Below are positions 59,704 to 64,000 of a stretch of 64,000 bases of DNA, in pieces. Source of the DNA: an uncultured Verrucomicrobiae bacterium (GTDB lineage Bacteria; Verrucomicrobiota; Verrucomicrobiia; Chthoniobacterales; JAATET01). The position numbers and the translations under genes are program-made. The stretch is taken from contig CAVRCI010000013.1 in NCBI GenBank assembly GCA_963719495.1, positions 608,001 to 672,000 on the forward strand, in the 5' to 3' direction. The first letter of the stretch is position 1, and the number at the start of each line of letters is the position of its first letter. A model generated the notes under the pieces. The model saw only the letters and a list, made by a program, of their open reading frames with translations. It had not been told where the DNA came from and ran no database searches.

Positions 59704-60582
59704 ATGGTAATTCAAATCAAAAAGCTCGTGAAATCGCTGTTTTATCCTAGAGGGAACCGGCTATTGAAAATAGGCAATATCAATCTCAAGGTAAACATGG
59801 GGGACGAAGGAGGTCGAAAATATATGGGCAGGAGCTCCTTCGAAGAGCTGAACAGTCAGCTGTATCCGATGCTGGCCGCCAAGTTAAGTCCGAATCTCGT
59901 CGTTGATGTTGGTGCCAATTATGGGTTTACAGGACTTATCTTTAATAAGTATTTCCCCGGGGCAGAACTGGTATTGATTGAGCCTTCTCCCAATCTTTGC
60001 CCCTATATCAGGCAGAACCTGGTCGCCGCCGGCCGGAAAGACTTCGAGTTGATCGAGGCAATCTGTGGTGCCGAGAAGTCTGCCGAAGCATCTTTTTCAC
60101 TGAATCCAGACAGCAGTCAGGATAACAGAGTGGAAGGCTGCAAGGGGTGGCGCAGGGTTTCAGTGAAAAGTGTTACATTGGGTTCCGTGCTCGAAAAGAA
60201 AGCAAATATTGCAGACAGAATCTTTATCAAGATCGATACACAAGGATACGAAACACATGTGGTCAAAGGGGCGCTCGATTTTTTAATCAGGTCGAACAAC
60301 TGGTTTATCAAAATGGAATTTGCGCCAAACTGGATTGTCAGTCAAAATAATGATCCGGTGGAATTTCTTGCTATGCTTGTCGAGCGATTCGATGTCGTGG
60401 AATCCCCGGTAAGACTGAGATTCCAAAGGGACTCATTGGCGGATATTTTATCGAAACCTCTGAAGTTGTCGGAAGTAGAGGCATTTGTGAAACATGTGAC
60501 TTCGCTCAGTGATCGGGGCTTGGGCTGGGTCGATCTCTACGTCGCCCCCAGGGGAGGTGATTTGTTGCGCGAAGACATATGA
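59704..60582 (+). CDS. FkbM family methyltransferase
   Basis: VDVGANYG, IKIDTQGYE. Confidence 0.85.
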   Translation: MVIQIKKLVKSLFYPRGNRLLKIGNINLKVNMGDEGGRKYMGRSSFEELNSQLYPMLAAKLSPNLVVDVGANYGFTGLIFNKYFPGAELVLIEPSPNLCPYIRQNLVAAGRKDFELIEAICGAEKSAEASFSLNPDSSQDNRVEGCKGWRRVSVKSVTLGSVLEKKANIADRIFIKIDTQGYETHVVKGALDFLIRSNNWFIKMEFAPNWIVSQNNDPVEFLAMLVERFDVVESPVRLRFQRDSLADILSKPLKLSEVEAFVKHVTSLSDRGLGWVDLYVAPRGGDLLREDI

Positions 60583-60691
60583 ATTGCGACTGGTCGATGG
60601 AATCCTGCGGGCCACGTATTGTTAGCGTTACTCGTTTTTGCAGTTCGGCTAGTCGCCCACCTGCAATCGCCGATTGAGGCTCTGGCCGAAG

Positions 60692-62146
60692 ATGATCGAT
60701 GTCATCAGTCACGGACGGAGGATATGGAATTCACCCACGCTCACCAGCTGGATCAGCCTGGGCGCGCAGTCTCTCGGGCTCGTGCTAGTGACGCCCCTTG
60801 TCCTAGCGAGATTGACAGACAGGGAAATCACGATCTGGTACGTGCTTTCGAGTATTTTTGCGCTTCAGATCATATTTCGGTTCGGCTTCACCGCGACCTT
60901 CAATAGATATGTGGGGTATGCGAATGCTGGGAAACGGCTGACCGACACGACCGACGCCGACGTTTCCTCTTCCGCCGGATCCCCCGTTCCTGACGATGCC
61001 GCTTTTAAGCGGGACTTCGCATTGGGGGAAATATGCGCCGCCATGCGGTGGGTCTTTCTCAGATTGACGATTCTCACGGTCGTCGTATTGGGCGTTGCGG
61101 GGACCACCCTCCTCGTTCGCCCGATCGGGCATCTCGATCAAACATGCGCGGCATGGGTTGCGTGGTCCATAGTATATGCGAGCACGATTCTGCGCATTTA
61201 TGGCACGCTGTACGAATCCCTATTATACGGATTGGGTCACGTCGCTCTTGTCGCACGATGGCAGGCGATATTTAACATCTCCTCCATTCTGTCGCTTTTT
61301 CTTGTGCTGGTATTTCGGCCCACGCTGTTGACCATGGTTCTCGCCCAGCACGCATGGCTGGTCGTCGTTGTTATTAGAAATCGCTGGCTTTGCGGCCATA
61401 TCAGTCAGGGGCGCTTTAAGGTCTGGGTGCGAGGCCATCTGGACCGGGCCGTTCTCACGGAAGTCTGGCGGCCATCGTGGCGAAGCGGCCTGGGGCAGTT
61501 GATGGTCGAGGCGCCAAAACAAGGGATCGGCCTCGTTTACGCGCAGTTCGCCAGCCCTCCGGCGGCTGCATCCTTCCTTCTTGGATTAAAGCTTTTCCAG
61601 GCTTTGGACCAATTTTCCATGACGCCGTTCTACACGAAAATCCCCCTTCTCAACCGCCTCTATGCCCAGGACGACAAGGTGGCGCTGGTTCGCTTGGCGC
61701 AGCGCGGAATGGTGGTTTCCCTTTGGACCTTCGTGATTGGATTTTCGATACTGGCCATAATTGGTCCCTTTGGCCTGTCGTGGTTGGGTGCCAAGGTCAC
61801 CCTCCCCCCTCCGGAAATCGTTGCCGTGTTGGGTGCCGCCTATTTTATGCTGCGCTTTGGGGCCATGCACCTCCAATTGTATTCGACGACAAATCATATC
61901 GTCTGGCATATCGCAGGGTTTTTGCTCGCCGTGGGAAGCATCGTTCCGATTATTGCCTTCTCCGGTTGGGAAAGCGCGTGGGTTCTTTCAATAGGCCTCC
62001 TGGTGGGGTCCTTTTGCTATATGAGTTATACGACCTTCCTGTCGCACCGGGTCTATGAACTTGGAGGATTCTCGTTCGAAAAAACTGTGTCATTTCCGGC
62101 CTTGATCGCTTTCGTCGTATCCGCGGTATCAAGTCTTTTCATTTAA
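60692..62146 (+). CDS. Wzx-like polysaccharide flippase
   Basis: Many TM helices; glycan locus context. Confidence 0.75.
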   Translation: MIDVISHGRRIWNSPTLTSWISLGAQSLGLVLVTPLVLARLTDREITIWYVLSSIFALQIIFRFGFTATFNRYVGYANAGKRLTDTTDADVSSSAGSPVPDDAAFKRDFALGEICAAMRWVFLRLTILTVVVLGVAGTTLLVRPIGHLDQTCAAWVAWSIVYASTILRIYGTLYESLLYGLGHVALVARWQAIFNISSILSLFLVLVFRPTLLTMVLAQHAWLVVVVIRNRWLCGHISQGRFKVWVRGHLDRAVLTEVWRPSWRSGLGQLMVEAPKQGIGLVYAQFASPPAAASFLLGLKLFQALDQFSMTPFYTKIPLLNRLYAQDDKVALVRLAQRGMVVSLWTFVIGFSILAIIGPFGLSWLGAKVTLPPPEIVAVLGAAYFMLRFGAMHLQLYSTTNHIVWHIAGFLLAVGSIVPIIAFSGWESAWVLSIGLLVGSFCYMSYTTFLSHRVYELGGFSFEKTVSFPALIAFVVSAVSSLFI

Positions 62147-62156
62147 CGGAAAACCA

Positions 62157-62891
62157 ATGAAAAAAAACATCAAGAAGCTGCTAGAATACGCGGGATTAAC
62201 GCTGCATCGAAGAAATCCTAATAGTTTTGTCGAAGGCTGGGGTGAAGAAAAGTTCGAGGGGCTTCCGACATTCCAAACAATAATAGACGTGGGAGTCGGG
62301 CCCTGCACTCCGGATCTATTGAGGCGATATCCCGGCGCGAGGCATTTGTTGTTCGAGCCCATTTCGGAATTTGGATCCCTGATTGCCAAAAATTACGCGA
62401 ATGTAACACATCGGCTCTTCCCCATGGGCTGCGGAAGCACGAGTAGACGTATTTCGATTAATTTCGACCCTACATCCCCGACAAAGACATCCCTTTCGAC
62501 AAGGTCGCCTCTGACGGATTCGGGGCGGCGGACTATCGCGCGAGAGATCGAAATTGTTCGGTTGGACTCCGCTCTGACTACCGAGTCGATTCAGGGGCCG
62601 ACGCTTTTGAAAATCGATACTGAAGGCTTTGAAAAGGAGGTGATCGCTGGAGCAAGCGGCATCTTGAAGAAGATCGATGTTGTGATTGCTGAACTTACGG
62701 TAGCTCCTAGATTCACCTCCCCGCCGGCCTTCGCAGAGACTGTAAATTTACTTGCCGAAGCGGAATTCGAAATGCACTCAATATTGGGGGTCACATTTTC
62801 CCGAAAGCATTCCGCCATCGTTCATTGCGATTGTGTTTTTGTTCGCAAGTCGATTCGACATACCTTGTTTGCTTCAACGGAGTGCCCCTAG
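62157..62891 (+). CDS. FkbM family methyltransferase
   Basis: IDVGVG, FEP, LKIDTEGFE. Confidence 0.85.
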   Translation: MKKNIKKLLEYAGLTLHRRNPNSFVEGWGEEKFEGLPTFQTIIDVGVGPCTPDLLRRYPGARHLLFEPISEFGSLIAKNYANVTHRLFPMGCGSTSRRISINFDPTSPTKTSLSTRSPLTDSGRRTIAREIEIVRLDSALTTESIQGPTLLKIDTEGFEKEVIAGASGILKKIDVVIAELTVAPRFTSPPAFAETVNLLAEAEFEMHSILGVTFSRKHSAIVHCDCVFVRKSIRHTLFASTECP

Positions 62892-63005
62892 AATTTCGGA
62901 AGTAGGCGAATCTCCTCCGAAATAAATTGGACATAGAGTGTTTCACTAAGTGCGCCAGTCACCCTAGTCTTTGTAAAAAAATAGCATCTTTATGGAAGTA
63001 GTTAT

Positions 63006-63728
63006 ATGTTAGAAAACCAGCGCAAACACACGGTTGTTGTCCTTGGAAACGGTCCTTCGGTAGACGCGTTTGATCCGCGAATTCTCGATTTTTGCAGAGT
63101 GATCGGGACCAACTCCATTTTTAGAAAATTTGAAACGTGGAAAGCTGTTTGCCAAGACGCTGTAATTACCGACGCTTACCGACTGAAAGAGATTGCGGAT
63201 AGTTATGCGGCGTTTCCGAAGGTGTGTTTACATGTCGGTAACCACAGAGCCATTCTTCCATCGAAATCCGTGACTCGGGCCTTGGTAGGCAGAGATTTCG
63301 TGCCGATCCGGCAATATGCAAGAAGGACTTTTCGCGGGAAACTGTTCGAATTTATCCAATGGCCCGATCGCCTCAGACCTCTGATTTTCAATAAGTTGCT
63401 CTATCCACTGGATCCGGAACTCGGTTTCAATTTTGGCCAGAGCGTGGTGATGTCGGCGATTGCAATCGCAGCACAAGAGTCCCCCGGGAAGATTTTACTC
63501 AGCGGAGTGGACGCACGTTATGACGGCCCCCAAAACTATTTCGGCGGCGTTAAGGTCGAATATGTGAACACTGATTTCGTCAATGACCCGAGGACATTTA
63601 TGGAGCCTTTTATGGCCATGGCCCGCGTCAGTCTAGAAAAAAGAGGAATCGAACTCGTTGATTGCACGCCTGGCGGCGCGCTTACTTCCCTGCGTAAGAG
63701 TTCTTTTCGCGTTGAGTTGGGACTGTAA
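63006..63728 (+). CDS. DUF115/Maf-like glycosyltransferase-type protein
   Basis: VLGNGPS, IGTN, LSGVD, DCTPGG. Confidence 0.65.
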   Translation: MLENQRKHTVVVLGNGPSVDAFDPRILDFCRVIGTNSIFRKFETWKAVCQDAVITDAYRLKEIADSYAAFPKVCLHVGNHRAILPSKSVTRALVGRDFVPIRQYARRTFRGKLFEFIQWPDRLRPLIFNKLLYPLDPELGFNFGQSVVMSAIAIAAQESPGKILLSGVDARYDGPQNYFGGVKVEYVNTDFVNDPRTFMEPFMAMARVSLEKRGIELVDCTPGGALTSLRKSSFRVELGL

Positions 63729-63731
63729 TAT

Positions 63732-64000
63732 ATGGACCCTTATGCAGTACTCTCGGTCGCAGCTACCATTCAGGCCTTGGCCGCAGCGATCATTTTCGGA
63801 AAGACAAAAACGATCTTGAACCCGCTTTTCGCAGTTCCAGGCGGTTTTGCCCTGATCACGACTTTGGTAACCTTGAATCCGCTGCTTCCCGACCCTGTGG
63901 GAGTAGTTCGACTTGGAACTGGCGCGTTCCTAGTATCCGAACAAACGGCGTTTTATCTTCTCATCTTCAGCGTGGCGGTATTTGTAATCTCGTTGACGAT
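63732..64000 (+). CDS. Membrane protein, 3' partial (possible Wzy)
   Basis: Open hydrophobic frame MDPYAVLSVAATIQ... to the window end. Confidence 0.5.
   Translation, partial: MDPYAVLSVAATIQALAAAIIFGKTKTILNPLFAVPGGFALITTLVTLNPLLPDPVGVVRLGTGAFLVSEQTAFYLLIFSVAVFVISLT

Overview
GC-rich bacterial window, probably Verrucomicrobiota (inferred from gene content, not proven). 1-22 kb is mostly housekeeping and accessory genes: WcaJ-like sugar transferase, glycoside hydrolase, orphan DNA methyltransferase, adenylate cyclase-STAND-TPR, tcdA/tatD/sufE, a sugar ABC transporter, a group IIC intron remnant, acyl-CoA synthetase, infA and a LuxC-like gene. 22-39.5 kb is a cysC-cysD-cysN-cysQ cluster running into an exopolysaccharide/exosortase locus (wza, wzc, O-antigen ligase, TPR protein, gmd, exosortase). 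The standout is 39.5-55.1 kb: an array with no integrase, holding about 11 small toxin-antitoxin-type gene pairs (7 MNT-HEPN modules, HicBA, VapBC, DUF6036 pair, UPF0175-DUF3368) and Avd-like four-helix-bundle genes. It starts right after the exosortase and contains two copies of its EpsI-like partner. Cassettes are separated by 7-9 nt tandem-repeat tracts (often purine-rich left arm, complementary right arm), modular ~150 bp repeats with swappable inserts, and a GACCGACCCCTTT motif that sits just before three 5'-truncated genes. 55.4-64 kb is a glycan biosynthesis cluster, lower in GC from ~58.7 kb. All family assignments come from motif recognition; no searches were run.
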